Translations under genes and position numbers: made by a program | IMG/VR virus record: IMGVR_UViG_3300031669_000004 | Direction: 5' to 3' (one strand) | Source: an uncultured virus (IMG/VR IMGVR_UViG_3300031669_000004) | Taxonomy: Duplodnaviria; Heunggongvirae; Uroviricota; Caudoviricetes | Length of the DNA stretch: 64,000 nucleotides | The notes under the pieces: generated by a model | What the model was told of the DNA's origin: nothing | The model's database searches: none | Seen by the model: only the letters and a program-made list of their open reading frames with translations | Part shown: positions 36,440 to 46,465 of the stretch, in pieces | How the letters are laid out: every line of letters starts with the position of its first letter | Numbering within the stretch: the first letter of the stretch is position 1

Positions 36440-38884
36440 TTATACTGTTAATGCTAAATCTATATAGTTCAGTGGGGTACCAATTGCAACAGTCATTACA
36501 CAATCTACTGTATCAGTATTGATTGGGTCTTGTTGCAGAGTGGTGATATTATAACTCAACAGCACTGGGCCGACCTTTGGTAAACTTTGACTCTTGATTA
36601 GTTCCGATCCTGCCACGATTGTTTGACGAAGCGTGTTCAAAGAAGACGGAGTTATGTTCCAACTACCTATGAATGATTTTAGTTTATCATAGTAGAAATA
36701 TGAGAGGAAATCAAGCTCTTTAACTTTAAGAATTTCTCTGTAGTTAATATTGGACATGTCAGTTGTCAACTCATGGCGGCAGTAAGGAATCCCACCCTGC
36801 GTATCTTGTACAAACAAGCAAGTACCTGCTCCGGCCATAGTGTTAAGATCGGCTTTAGAGAAGAAGAAGTTAGAGTGTTGAAGATCGACCACACCAGCCA
36901 CACCAACGTTGGTGAAACCTTGTTGTACTGCAAACCCTGCACCCATTCCGGCTAAGCCAGCACATAGGTAGTAACCAGGTAAATACTTGGTAACTCCGTT
37001 AACGGAAACACCTACCATGTCAGGCTGTACGTGCCATACACGATTAACATTGAACCCAGAGCTAACAGCAGCTACTGACTCAGCTGTTTGTGTTCTGCTC
37101 ATAGAGCGTGTTACATAGTAGCTAATCGCAGTTGCAGGAGCAGTAGTGTTAAGTATAAGTTGTTGGTTGGATATTACACTAAGGACGGTATGAGCACCAA
37201 CCTGTGTTGGGGTTGCTGTAGCCGCTGTAAAGTAAACCGTATCTCCTGGTGCTACTCCATCTGCTATGAATGTGGCATTTGATGCTTCTAGTACATATGC
37301 TCCGCTTACTAAGGTTGTGACGTTTGCTCCACCGTTAGAGTTAGGAGAAGTTGCGCTGTAAATACCGATGTCTTGAATCAAAGGCATCGCGGTATTAGCT
37401 ATGGTAACTCTCCAAGCTGCATTAACAGGTGTGCTCATTTGTACACAGTGAGCTTTATACACAGCTATGATAGACTGGTCTTGGGTTAGAGGAGTCAAGA
37501 AGTATAGTCTCTCACCTTCGGCAGCTACTAGAGCAGCTTCATGCCCAGCCAGGTCATTACTAGCTATTGCAATCGCTCTGATTCTGCCAGTAGTATTGGC
37601 CAATGCTATTTCGATAGCTAAAGCCAGTGGGTTAGCATCACTAATAGTTCCTAATTGACCTTCTAGATCTAAGACGTCGTTGATGGTAAGAACTCTATTA
37701 GCCAAGTCTGTACGTAGGGCGTTGTAGGCAATGTACACACTACCTGATACAACTGGTCCATAGATCAAGGACACTCCCGACTTAACTGTTACCGTACCTG
37801 CTATACCAGTGTTAGTAGTATCTATCTGAACGGTAGACAAGAATGGATTAGTATTTGGAACTTGTTGGTCGTTGTAGGTTTTCTGTACAGCTACTAGGAC
37901 AACCTGAGTACCGCTACTTTGTACGGACGTAGGTAATGAATCCACCAAGGTGAAATTAGTAACTGTACCATTAAGGCCTAAACTGGTAACAACCGTTTGG
38001 ATACTAGAGGTAAACACCTGTGCGGTAGTATTTGAGTCCAAGTAAGTGAACACAACTTTATCACCTGGTTCTGCTCTAAGAGTATTAGTAGTAGAATTTA
38101 GGTTTGTTGGAATTATCTTAGTTATAGCTACACCAGCTGCAGTTGTAGAAATAGCCGCTGGGGATATAGTGAATGTAGTACCTACTATATTTGTTATGGT
38201 AGTAGTTAAGTCTGCTCCGGCAGTACCAGCAGTTGCTACTGTGATTGAATCACCAACCTCGAAAGCCGAGGCCCCGGTAACCGTTATACTAGTAGCGGCT
38301 GCTGATATAGTACCTGAAGAGGTAGTAGATGCAAGGGCCATTGTTACCACATTGCTTGATGCTGTTATAGTAAAACCTGAAGTAAGTGTTTCAACTAAAG
38401 AATTATCTAACCAAACGGCTAGAGTAGTAGTATCTACTACTTGACCTGGTAGTTGTCCAGGAAGGGTAAAGATATTATCAACCGTTGCATTGGTTATAAC
38501 ACCAGCTTTAGTTATTACAGCCCCTGTTACTGCTGTACCGGCTGCAGTGTCAAGGGTAACAGTATTACCGGCTATACCGGTTATCTTAGCTTGCAGATTA
38601 GCTCCAGAAGCCCCAGCTCCAACTACGATGACAGAATCACCAACGTTGAATCCTGCGGTGGAGACCACAGAGATAGTATAAGCAGCTAGCAGCATAGAAC
38701 CAGTCGTAGCTGTTGAACTATGTGCGGCTGTTTCCACCTGACTGGCGAGATTACCAGGTAAGTATTCTAGAATATTATATGCTGGTCCGACTATGCAAGC
38801 CTCTAGATCTGGAGTTGCGTTAGACACGCCGCCAGCATTAGCTAGGACTTGTGAAATTTGTACTGACGGGACTATATAAGCCAT
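36440..38884 (-). CDS. Contractile tail sheath protein with inserted surface domains
   Basis: MAYIVPSVQI start, CIVGPAY, and a sheath-type C-terminus (RHELTTD...E...PLNYI). Confidence 0.85.
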   Translation of the reverse strand: MAYIVPSVQISQVLANAGGVSNATPDLEACIVGPAYNILEYLPGNLASQVETAAHSSTATTGSMLLAAYTISVVSTAGFNVGDSVIVVGAGASGANLQAKITGIAGNTVTLDTAAGTAVTGAVITKAGVITNATVDNIFTLPGQLPGQVVDTTTLAVWLDNSLVETLTSGFTITASSNVVTMALASTTSSGTISAAATSITVTGASAFEVGDSITVATAGTAGADLTTTITNIVGTTFTISPAAISTTAAGVAITKIIPTNLNSTTNTLRAEPGDKVVFTYLDSNTTAQVFTSSIQTVVTSLGLNGTVTNFTLVDSLPTSVQSSGTQVVLVAVQKTYNDQQVPNTNPFLSTVQIDTTNTGIAGTVTVKSGVSLIYGPVVSGSVYIAYNALRTDLANRVLTINDVLDLEGQLGTISDANPLALAIEIALANTTGRIRAIAIASNDLAGHEAALVAAEGERLYFLTPLTQDQSIIAVYKAHCVQMSTPVNAAWRVTIANTAMPLIQDIGIYSATSPNSNGGANVTTLVSGAYVLEASNATFIADGVAPGDTVYFTAATATPTQVGAHTVLSVISNQQLILNTTAPATAISYYVTRSMSRTQTAESVAAVSSGFNVNRVWHVQPDMVGVSVNGVTKYLPGYYLCAGLAGMGAGFAVQQGFTNVGVAGVVDLQHSNFFFSKADLNTMAGAGTCLFVQDTQGGIPYCRHELTTDMSNINYREILKVKELDFLSYFYYDKLKSFIGSWNITPSSLNTLRQTIVAGSELIKSQSLPKVGPVLLSYNITTLQQDPINTDTVDCVMTVAIGTPLNYIDLALTV

Positions 38885-38943
38885 TTGTTTTCCTTTGGTA
38901 ACTTAGTGTTTAACCTAAGTTTGAATTTTGTTTTGCTATTTCT

Positions 38944-38949
38944 ATTTTA
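38944..38949 (-). promoter_or_regulatory. Putative late promoter (GTTAAAATA)
   Basis: The same TAAAAT core also precedes minus-strand genes at 3251, 17491, 41729, 48846, 51713 and 59089. Confidence 0.6.
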
Positions 38950-38962
38950 ACATATAGTAATG

Positions 38963-39538
38963 TCACTGCGGGGTAATAGTTAGTAGAAAGCTTTTGAAGT
39001 TCAAACCATCTTCATTTATCATATGATGGGTTTCTTTTCTCCACGGTAAACCTAGTGAACACTGAAAGATTTCCACATCATCTGTCGTAGGGGTACAGGG
39101 AGATATAGACAAAGGCAGACCGAACTGTTTAAACCCCTGCACACTAGCTATAGTAGGCGCTGACCAAGAAAGGAAATTCTCAGCTAACTCAACTATTTTT
39201 TCGCATGTACCTTCATTGGTTGCCTCTACAAGTATTTGGGCCTGTCCCTGTACCATGAGAAATCTCTTCTCCGACTTCATACCTATATCCCTAGAACTAC
39301 TGGCCTCTGCCATATTATCTGACAATCCAGTTGGTTGTATGGTGTATCCACCTCTAGATATTAGTATCCTGGGTTTAGCCTGTATAGCCTCTTTGTTGAA
39401 ATTGTTTATTGTATCTATTTCTATCATAGATAGAGTAGGATCACTATTCCACTGCAAATCACTAGTAGCATAATTTGAGAAGAAATATCGCAATGGCTGT
39501 ACGATTAGGCTAGATAAATAAGAAGGTGAGAAATACAT
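38963..39538 (-). CDS. Tail completion / terminator-like protein
   Basis: Position between neck genes and sheath; size fits. Confidence 0.5.
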   Translation of the reverse strand: MYFSPSYLSSLIVQPLRYFFSNYATSDLQWNSDPTLSMIEIDTINNFNKEAIQAKPRILISRGGYTIQPTGLSDNMAEASSSRDIGMKSEKRFLMVQGQAQILVEATNEGTCEKIVELAENFLSWSAPTIASVQGFKQFGLPLSISPCTPTTDDVEIFQCSLGLPWRKETHHMINEDGLNFKSFLLTITPQ

Positions 39539-40455
39539 TATAGAATATACCCTGCTACAGTAGTAGATGCAGAACCCAATAATTTTGGATTAACGAATGA
39601 GTTAGGGACCAGGTTATTTAACAACAGCATTTCCACTGAGTTTTTGCCTAACTCTATTAACTGCATAATCTGTCTCACCTGTACAGTTTGTAATTCTGTG
39701 GCGTTTACCGCTTGTATTCTAAATATCTTAAAGTCAGGTACACGAATAAGAAGATCTAGAGTCATAACCTCTGGGTAAGAAATAGTCCAAGCTGAGGTAT
39801 TATTGGTTTCCATTTTACCTACATAGGTAAGCTGAGTATTATTAGGCGATATTTCATAGCATACTTTACTGGCAACACCTGGGAAATACCCTCCTAAGAA
39901 ACTAGTACCTAAACAGGTAGGGCAATGATCCTGAGTAACCTTCTCAGTATCGGTATTCCAGCATTGTGGGCAACGTTGACCGAAGTACTTCCTACGGAAT
40001 ATGAGGGTATCTACCCCAGTAAACTTGTCTAGTAGTATGGACTCTCTACGGGTTATCTCAGCTGCTCTAATTTGCATAAGGTTAGATCTAACATTCTCCC
40101 AAGTAGTTATTGGGGATTTTATAAATCTACCATCTGGTGCCGGTAATTGAACTTCAACTATGTACTTAGATCTATGGAACTTAGAGAAATCCTGTGTAGT
40201 AACATCTTCTAGAAAGTTAGTCCCAACTAAGGGCGCAGGATTAACCTTATCCCACTCCCCATCATCCGTTTGAGACTTATAGACGTTGAACGAACAATTG
40301 CCCCAGGTAGAGGGTATAGACCACTCCACTATAACCTTTCGATTAAATAGAGGGTAGACTTTAACCTGGATATAAGAGGTCTCAACTGTTGTGGATAGTA
40401 CGGCAGATGAATACCTTGGTATATACCCAAATCCATAATTAAAGGATAGGGACAT
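39538..40455 (-). CDS. Neck / head-closure protein with an Fn3-like N-terminus and Zn finger
   Basis: VEW...FNVYKS segment; RCPQCW...HCPTCLGT motif; position. Confidence 0.55.
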   Translation of the reverse strand: MSLSFNYGFGYIPRYSSAVLSTTVETSYIQVKVYPLFNRKVIVEWSIPSTWGNCSFNVYKSQTDDGEWDKVNPAPLVGTNFLEDVTTQDFSKFHRSKYIVEVQLPAPDGRFIKSPITTWENVRSNLMQIRAAEITRRESILLDKFTGVDTLIFRRKYFGQRCPQCWNTDTEKVTQDHCPTCLGTSFLGGYFPGVASKVCYEISPNNTQLTYVGKMETNNTSAWTISYPEVMTLDLLIRVPDFKIFRIQAVNATELQTVQVRQIMQLIELGKNSVEMLLLNNLVPNSFVNPKLLGSASTTVAGYIL

Positions 40456-40461
40456 TGCTTA

Positions 40462-40896
40462 TTACCAAAGAGGAAAACGGGCGTAATCAGAACTCATAGA
40501 TCCCCAACCCTCTTCCATGTTAATATTTATCTTTATTTTAGTCATAGCAGAGCTGTAATCGTTTTGGAACATACCTGCTAAGGCTTGATACAGTTGGAAA
40601 CGTTCTTCCAGTGGTATGCTTAACCCACCATCCGTAAAAGCAAAAGTATTTCTAGCCACCACAGCCGATAAGCCAATGAAGCATCGGTACAGAGTACCAC
40701 TCATCAGCACATGTTTATATGGAAAGGTGGCTAAGGAATCCGCCGCTGTAGGAGGGGTGGAATTCCAATCGGCTATGGTTAACTCCATGGCTATCCCTAT
40801 CTGTGTATCAGTAAGTTCTTCGCCATTGACCAAATAGTTATTTTCTATTTTATCTAATACGAATTCTCTTACTTCCTGCGCTGTTAGGATAGCCAT
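40462..40896 (-). CDS. Head-tail adaptor (neck) protein
   Basis: 144-aa helical protein with FTDGGLSI loop; position before the closure gene. Confidence 0.55.
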   Translation of the reverse strand: MAILTAQEVREFVLDKIENNYLVNGEELTDTQIGIAMELTIADWNSTPPTAADSLATFPYKHVLMSGTLYRCFIGLSAVVARNTFAFTDGGLSIPLEERFQLYQALAGMFQNDYSSAMTKIKININMEEGWGSMSSDYARFPLW

Positions 40897-40911
40897 CTAT
40901 ATTAACCTTTA

Positions 40912-41250
40912 TTATTCTTCTTCTACTTCTTGTTTTTTTGCTTTTTTAGGTTTAGCTTCGTGTGAACCTATTTGAGTACTAGTTGCTTCCACTTTCTTTT
41001 CCACCGTAGGGATAGTTGTACTACCTTTCATTTCATCTTCAGTGAATGAAACGCCTGCATGAGCAGTAGGTACGGCACTGGCACTCTTAGATCCCTCTAT
41101 ACTGATCCAGCCCTTACGTACGGCATGTACCACGTCTGGGTGTGATGCTTCTTGGTCAGTAATATCAGATTTCCCACCAACGGATAGAAGGATCTTACCT
41201 TCGATTAGAGATACATTGGCAGTAGATTTGTTATGTGCATATTTAGACAT
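40912..41250 (-). CDS. Hypothetical protein
   Basis: 112-aa ORF with AAGGA RBS. Confidence 0.65.
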   Translation of the reverse strand: MSKYAHNKSTANVSLIEGKILLSVGGKSDITDQEASHPDVVHAVRKGWISIEGSKSASAVPTAHAGVSFTEDEMKGSTTIPTVEKKVEATSTQIGSHEAKPKKAKKQEVEEE

Positions 41251-41263
41251 TTAGTTATTCCTT

Positions 41264-41701
41264 TTAATAGTATTGTTGTGGCTCATCAGAACCGGTTATT
41301 TTATCCTTGACTTTAACAGCTCCATAAGTACCCGCAGCCCCATAGCCAATAGTCTTAACTATAGCCTTTTTTCTTTCTTTTTGCAAGTTATTTATTTCAG
41401 TCCTGCGTGCTGCTTTAGTTTCCACCGGTTGAGCAACATTAGGAAGCCTGGATGCCAATGGACTACCTTTAGGCCTAGTGGCCTTTACGAGAGATTTTGG
41501 ATCTTTAATACCTCTTAATATATATTGGCTTTTTACACCTTTAGCTACTGCAGCATCCCGGTACCCACCGCCTAAGGCTATATGAGCGCTATGTCCAACG
41601 TCCTTTGCTACGCTCTTGACAACGTCTGCAGCTGCTCCAACAACGGGGCGCACAATGTTAGACATCACTGATGATATTTTGGTTAAGTATTTATTGGACA
41701 T
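41264..41701 (-). CDS. Basic putative internal virion protein with NKYLTKIS tag
   Basis: Starts MSNKYLTKISS; late promoter at 41729. Confidence 0.65.
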   Translation of the reverse strand: MSNKYLTKISSVMSNIVRPVVGAAADVVKSVAKDVGHSAHIALGGGYRDAAVAKGVKSQYILRGIKDPKSLVKATRPKGSPLASRLPNVAQPVETKAARRTEINNLQKERKKAIVKTIGYGAAGTYGAVKVKDKITGSDEPQQYY

Positions 41702-41751
41702 GAAAATTCCTTTAATTTGTATTACCTTATTTTAACATACCTGCGATAACT

Positions 41752-41760
41752 TGGTATAAG
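41752..41760 (+). promoter_or_regulatory. TGGTATAAG putative early promoter
   Basis: Exact motif, back to back with the late site at 41729. Confidence 0.8.
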
Positions 41761-41850
41761 ATATGTGAGGAGACAAAAGCCTAAGATTACTATAGGCAGC
41801 AGTTCCTTTAAATGATATACTTGGTTTTAATTTAGAAAGCACATAATAAA

Positions 41851-42735
41851 ATGAATAAAGAAATAGTAGTTTTATATCACGCATTTTGCGATGATGGAAT
41901 GGGCTCTGCCCTTGCAGCATATATGAAATTTGGCGACTCTGCAGAATACATACCAGTAGAGTACAAAGACCCGATACCAAATGTATCTGGCAAAGAAGTA
42001 TACATCTTCGACTTCAGTTATCCTAGGGATGTGTTATTAGATCCGGCTTTAGGTGCCAAGTCTATAACCATGTTAGATCATCACGTTGGGGCACAGAGGG
42101 ATTGGAATGTGGGCATGTACGCCGACGTAGATAGAAACATCCTGGTGAGATTCGACATGGACAGGTCTGGGGCTATGTTAGCTTGGAATTATCTATTTCC
42201 AGACACTGAACCGCCTATGCTTATAAAGCATATACAAGATAGTGATCTGTGGAAGTTCAGCATGTCCGATACAAAGAATTTTATAAGTAACCTGCGTAGT
42301 CACCCTATGGATATGGAAACGTGGGTAGGGCTATTAGAGCACACAAGTAAAAAAGAAGACTACGAGCTATTCCTAAGAGATGGAGTGGCGCAGACCAGAT
42401 TCTTCAAAAATCAAATAAATTTCATATTGAATAAATCCCCTCTAGTACCTGTTACTATAGGCGGTGTTAATGGTCATGCTATAAATGCCAATGCCACTTT
42501 CTCTAGTGATATGGGTGCCGAGATATCGGCTGTGAATGGGTCATTCGGTCTTATCTATTTTATAGACGGGGATACTGTCAAATGTTCTTTGAGATCCCAA
42601 AAAGGTAGTAACTGTGATGTTAGTGAGTTGGGTAAGTTGTACGGAGGTGGTGGTCATGCCGCTGCAGCCGGTATGGTAGTTCCTTTAAAAACATTCATAA
42701 CGGAGATATTATGCAAGGAGATTTGTCGAGCCTGA
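41851..42735 (+). CDS. DHH/DHHA1 phosphoesterase (nano-RNase-like)
   Basis: YHAFCDDG, FDFS, LDHH, SLRS and GGGGHAAAAG motifs. Confidence 0.9.
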   Translation: MNKEIVVLYHAFCDDGMGSALAAYMKFGDSAEYIPVEYKDPIPNVSGKEVYIFDFSYPRDVLLDPALGAKSITMLDHHVGAQRDWNVGMYADVDRNILVRFDMDRSGAMLAWNYLFPDTEPPMLIKHIQDSDLWKFSMSDTKNFISNLRSHPMDMETWVGLLEHTSKKEDYELFLRDGVAQTRFFKNQINFILNKSPLVPVTIGGVNGHAINANATFSSDMGAEISAVNGSFGLIYFIDGDTVKCSLRSQKGSNCDVSELGKLYGGGGHAAAAGMVVPLKTFITEILCKEICRA

Positions 42736-43033
42736 TAACGCAGACTTTAAGAAGTCTACCTATCCCAGGCGCAGAAAAAGTAAGGATCTATGCGTCACAG
42801 AAGGATGTCGCAATCCACGCCATGTCACCTCTACTAATAAAGTAAGGAGTCGGCGCCGTAGTTGTATGGATAGCTTATGTAATAGACCTGGATGTAATAA
42901 TCCTCGTCTTCTATCCAAGAATAACTTATTAAGTAAATGGTGCCGTACTTGTATTGTAGAGGACGGACGGAGAATAGCCAAATTAAAAAGGAAACGAAAT
43001 GAAATTAAACCTAGTATCAGACCTACATGTTGA
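42701..43033 (+). pseudogene. Cys-rich open frame without a proper start codon
   Basis: 110 sense codons with two CxxxGCxNPR repeats; the ATG behind the GGAG RBS (42711) is out of frame. Confidence 0.4.
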
Positions 43034-43877
43034 CTTTGATTATGCACGACAACTAAATTTCAAAGGTGGTAATACCTTACTCATAGCTGGGGATTTATGT
43101 GAGGTAGGATCAATAAATCCAGCGTGGAGAATAGCGGAAACCAGATCTAAGCTTCAACCGTTCCAATACGAGGATGAACTGCAAACCTTCTTGGATAAGG
43201 CCGAGAAGGTTACTATGAAGGCGGAGGAGTTAAAGGATAGACTTAATACCCAACTTGACAAGTATGATAACAAGTTTGCGGTATTAGGTAACCATGAGTT
43301 TTATAACTCCGAGTTTGATCTAACAAAGACTCTATACAGGGAAGCCCTTCCAGGGGTAACTTTGTTAGATAATGAAAGTGTGGAGTTATCCGATAACGTC
43401 GTATTATTTGGAGGTACACTGTGGACCAATTTAGACAACCATTCTCCATTGATGGAGTCCAGGGCAGCAAGGTGGAGTGATTACTCTAGTATAGTTGTAG
43501 GGGCTACCAGAAGAAGGCTATTACCATCTGATACGTATGCTGCTTTCGATGCCACTGTCGCTGCTATATATAAGTGCGCTGTGGATAACCCAGATAAAGA
43601 GGTGGTTATCATGACTCACTTTGCTCCTAGTGAACAGTCTGTACATCCACGATTTAAGTATAGTATTGACAATGCATTCTTCTATTCATCTTTAGAAGAT
43701 GTTATCATGGATAACCATAACATCAAAGCGTGGGTGCATGGACATATGCATAACAATGTTGACTATAATATAGGTCAATGCAGAGTCATGTGTAACCCAC
43801 GTGGATATGTAAAAGGGGCACAACAAGAGAAGACTGGATTCAAACCGAATTTTAGCTTTGAAATCGGGTATAAGTAA
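42999..43877 (+). CDS. Calcineurin-like metallophosphoesterase
   Basis: SDLH, AGD, GNHE, THF and HGHMH motifs. Confidence 0.92.
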   Translation: MKLNLVSDLHVDFDYARQLNFKGGNTLLIAGDLCEVGSINPAWRIAETRSKLQPFQYEDELQTFLDKAEKVTMKAEELKDRLNTQLDKYDNKFAVLGNHEFYNSEFDLTKTLYREALPGVTLLDNESVELSDNVVLFGGTLWTNLDNHSPLMESRAARWSDYSSIVVGATRRRLLPSDTYAAFDATVAAIYKCAVDNPDKEVVIMTHFAPSEQSVHPRFKYSIDNAFFYSSLEDVIMDNHNIKAWVHGHMHNNVDYNIGQCRVMCNPRGYVKGAQQEKTGFKPNFSFEIGYK

Positions 43878-43911
43878 TATGTAGTACCCCTGTTAACTCT
43901 TGGAGCCAACC

Positions 43912-44688
43912 ATGACTGATACTTTTGAAGACTTACTTAAAGATCGTATATCCCCGTACCTGCCTGAACTACCCTCCTCGGAGGAATTACAAAGTATCCT
44001 CGATACCGATCCATTTGATTTTCGCGGAGAAGCTGACTGGAAAAAAAGCTATAAAACTGATAAGGAAACTGAACTTCTTGGATTGGGTATGCATATCACC
44101 CATGCTCAATTTCGTAAGCAAATCCTGGAATCTATCGGTGATACAACCTTCAGTAATACCTTAGAACGCTACCTCAGAATTATCGGGGGTATGGGTTTTG
44201 AGGAAGCTCTAAGGATCCCATTTATAAATAGGGATGATAATAAGGAAGAAGCCCTTTACGTCTTTGTGCATCGCTCAAAAGGTCTACTGCTTGAATTTGA
44301 TACTTATGGTGGCGACCACATTAACGGCAGTGATATGCACTTCGCATGGTGTCCAAATCCAGAAAGTAAAATCTACATAGCTTATAGCGGTGGATTGGAA
44401 TCTGAATCTGATCCTAAGTGGAGACGCAATCCACTATATGATGAGTCAGGTAGTCCTGCTGATAGTTATATTGCAGGCAGTATTGATGCCCGGGAAGCTT
44501 TGAAACATCATTTGTCACGTATAGAAGCCGCCGGTGTATTACTTAGTGTCTGGCCTAAATATGAGGATAGGAGATTGCACCTGACTCATTATATGGATAG
44601 TAAATTACCTGGGTATGACCGTAAGGCCATACTGGCTGAACGCATTGCAATGATGCCTCAGTGGGCCCGTGATGTAATCAACATGTAA
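43912..44688 (+). CDS. Hypothetical protein
   Basis: ATG at 43912 with GGAG RBS; variant promoter GGGTATAAG at 43866. Confidence 0.7.
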   Translation: MTDTFEDLLKDRISPYLPELPSSEELQSILDTDPFDFRGEADWKKSYKTDKETELLGLGMHITHAQFRKQILESIGDTTFSNTLERYLRIIGGMGFEEALRIPFINRDDNKEEALYVFVHRSKGLLLEFDTYGGDHINGSDMHFAWCPNPESKIYIAYSGGLESESDPKWRRNPLYDESGSPADSYIAGSIDAREALKHHLSRIEAAGVLLSVWPKYEDRRLHLTHYMDSKLPGYDRKAILAERIAMMPQWARDVINM

Positions 44689-44700
44689 AGGGAGAATGAC

Positions 44701-44883
44701 ATGTCACACAAAAGTGTAAAGATGCAGGTTATTGTGGACGGTATTGTGGTAAAGGAAGTCTCACATATAGTGCCAACTGATTCTGAGGGACGTGGGCAAA
44801 TTTGGGCGTTCTACAAGAGGGCAAGAGATGAACTTGGTAGTATGAACGCCGGTCATATTCTCGATCCAAAGCCTATCAGGTAA
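44701..44883 (+). CDS. Hypothetical small protein
   Basis: GGGAG RBS; followed by a terminator at 44888..44916. Confidence 0.65.
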   Translation: MSHKSVKMQVIVDGIVVKEVSHIVPTDSEGRGQIWAFYKRARDELGSMNAGHILDPKPIR

Positions 44884-44932
44884 TAACAAAAACCCAGGTT
44901 TCGGTCTGGGTTTTTTAACATTGGAGAATAAC

Positions 44933-45943
44933 ATGGGCGGTAATGCATTGGCTGAATTTGGGGCCAAGAGACTAACTAAAGCGGATTACGAAGTAAAACG
45001 GGATGAGGTACTTGCCAAACTGGATACTATAGGGAATTACTATGGATGGGTGGAAATACCAAGTTACCTTGATAAGGATAGTTTCGGGGACTTAGATATA
45101 CTCTGCACTAATATAGGGGTAATGACTTTCGACCTTATTTTGAAAGCATTTGATAATCCTCCTTGCTTTAAAAACAAAGGGGTTATGAGTTTTCTTTATA
45201 AGGACTTGCAAGTAGATATAATTTCTATGCCTCCTGAGGATTATAATACGGCGTACACCTACTACAGTTATAACGATCTAGGGAATCTAATGGGTAAGAT
45301 ATTCCATAAGTTCGGTATGAAGTATGGGCATAAGGGGTTAGTAATACCTCTTAGGGATGATGATAACTCCGCCCATAAATTTGGAGAGGTAATCATATCC
45401 AAAGACCCAACTAAGATTTTTAGTTTCTTAGGGTTAAGTTATAGAAGGTTCCTGTATGGATTCAAAAATCTAAAAGAAATATTTGATTTCGTTATATATT
45501 CACCGTACTTTGATCCACGTGTATTCTCCTTTGAAAATATGAATAACGCCGCCAGGGTCAGGGACAGAAAAAGGGCTACATATAACGCTTTCCTGCAGTA
45601 CATAGAAGGGTCGGAAAGATTTGTGTACCCAAATTGGGACTTCGATAAGATACCTGTTATTTTTAATCATTTCCCTGAAGCGTATATGGGATATTTGGCT
45701 AAGACTGTGGAGTTCGAGGACCATAAGGCCTCAAAGAAAAAATTTAACGGGAACAACATTATGGCATGGCTTAAAGAGGGGCTTGACGTTAATATTAAGG
45801 GTCCTGCGTTAGGTCACTTCATGAATTGGGTATCTGAAGAGAAGATAGGTAAAAGAGATCTCGTAATAAGTAGTGAGGAAAGGATAAAAGAGAAGGTTCT
45901 ACGTGGTTATGTTGAATGGCTTAATAAGTTCGATGTAGACTAG
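44933..45943 (+). CDS. Pol-beta / PolX-like nucleotidyltransferase
   Basis: SFGDLDIL, QVDII, GMKYGHKGL and IFSFLGLSY resemble PolX-family motifs. Confidence 0.65.
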   Translation: MGGNALAEFGAKRLTKADYEVKRDEVLAKLDTIGNYYGWVEIPSYLDKDSFGDLDILCTNIGVMTFDLILKAFDNPPCFKNKGVMSFLYKDLQVDIISMPPEDYNTAYTYYSYNDLGNLMGKIFHKFGMKYGHKGLVIPLRDDDNSAHKFGEVIISKDPTKIFSFLGLSYRRFLYGFKNLKEIFDFVIYSPYFDPRVFSFENMNNAARVRDRKRATYNAFLQYIEGSERFVYPNWDFDKIPVIFNHFPEAYMGYLAKTVEFEDHKASKKKFNGNNIMAWLKEGLDVNIKGPALGHFMNWVSEEKIGKRDLVISSEERIKEKVLRGYVEWLNKFDVD

Positions 45944-45985
45944 CATCTAAACCTCTATCTAGTTTTAGATTAGACAATCCCGATA

Positions 45986-45994
45986 TGGTATAAG
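45986..45994 (+). promoter_or_regulatory. TGGTATAAG putative early promoter
   Basis: Exact motif. Confidence 0.8.
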
Positions 45995-46036
45995 GAGTTA
46001 ATAGGTAGTATTGCCTATACTTCAAAGGAGCATAAA

Positions 46037-46357
46037 ATGAAAAAGTTATTTCTGCTTGTGGGTATATCCTTATTCATGTTTGGTTCAACCTTGGCATTGG
46101 CTGATAGTAATAGTGATGGTAGCTACCCTATCCAACATGAGTACTATTACAGCCAACATATGACCCAGCAAGAGTACCAGGAAAAGGTAGATCGTCTACG
46201 CCAACGGCAGCAGGAACGGCAATTGCAGGAGCAACAGCAACAAGAATACAACCGTCAGGTACAACAGCAACAGCAACAGCAACTCGACCAGGCCAGAAGA
46301 CAGGGTGAGGCTTACGGGAATGATGCTATACAGCGGTATAACAATCGAGGTTACTAG
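46037..46357 (+). CDS. Exported Gln-rich small protein
   Basis: Signal peptide MKKLFLLVGISLFMFGSTLALA, poly-Q helix, AAGGAG RBS. Confidence 0.8.
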   Translation: MKKLFLLVGISLFMFGSTLALADSNSDGSYPIQHEYYYSQHMTQQEYQEKVDRLRQRQQERQLQEQQQQEYNRQVQQQQQQQLDQARRQGEAYGNDAIQRYNNRGY

Positions 46358-46365
46358 CAGACAAC

Positions 46366-46395
46366 AAAAAGCCCAGATCACTCTGGGCTTTTTTT
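46366..46395 (+). terminator. Intrinsic terminator
   Basis: A5-GCCCAGA-TCAC-TCTGGGC-T7. Confidence 0.85.
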
Positions 46396-46418
46396 AGTTT
46401 AATTTATACCTTCTAATT

Positions 46419-46427
46419 TGGTATAAG
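46419..46427 (+). promoter_or_regulatory. TGGTATAAG putative early promoter
   Basis: Exact motif. Confidence 0.8.
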
Positions 46428-46465
46428 GAAGTATAGAAGTATCTTACTATTTCAAGGAGAATATC

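Noticed and set aside
46195..46285. CAG/CAA microsatellite as a phase-variation tract
   Set aside because: It is a mixed-codon, in-frame poly-Gln coding stretch; slippage by whole units would keep the frame.
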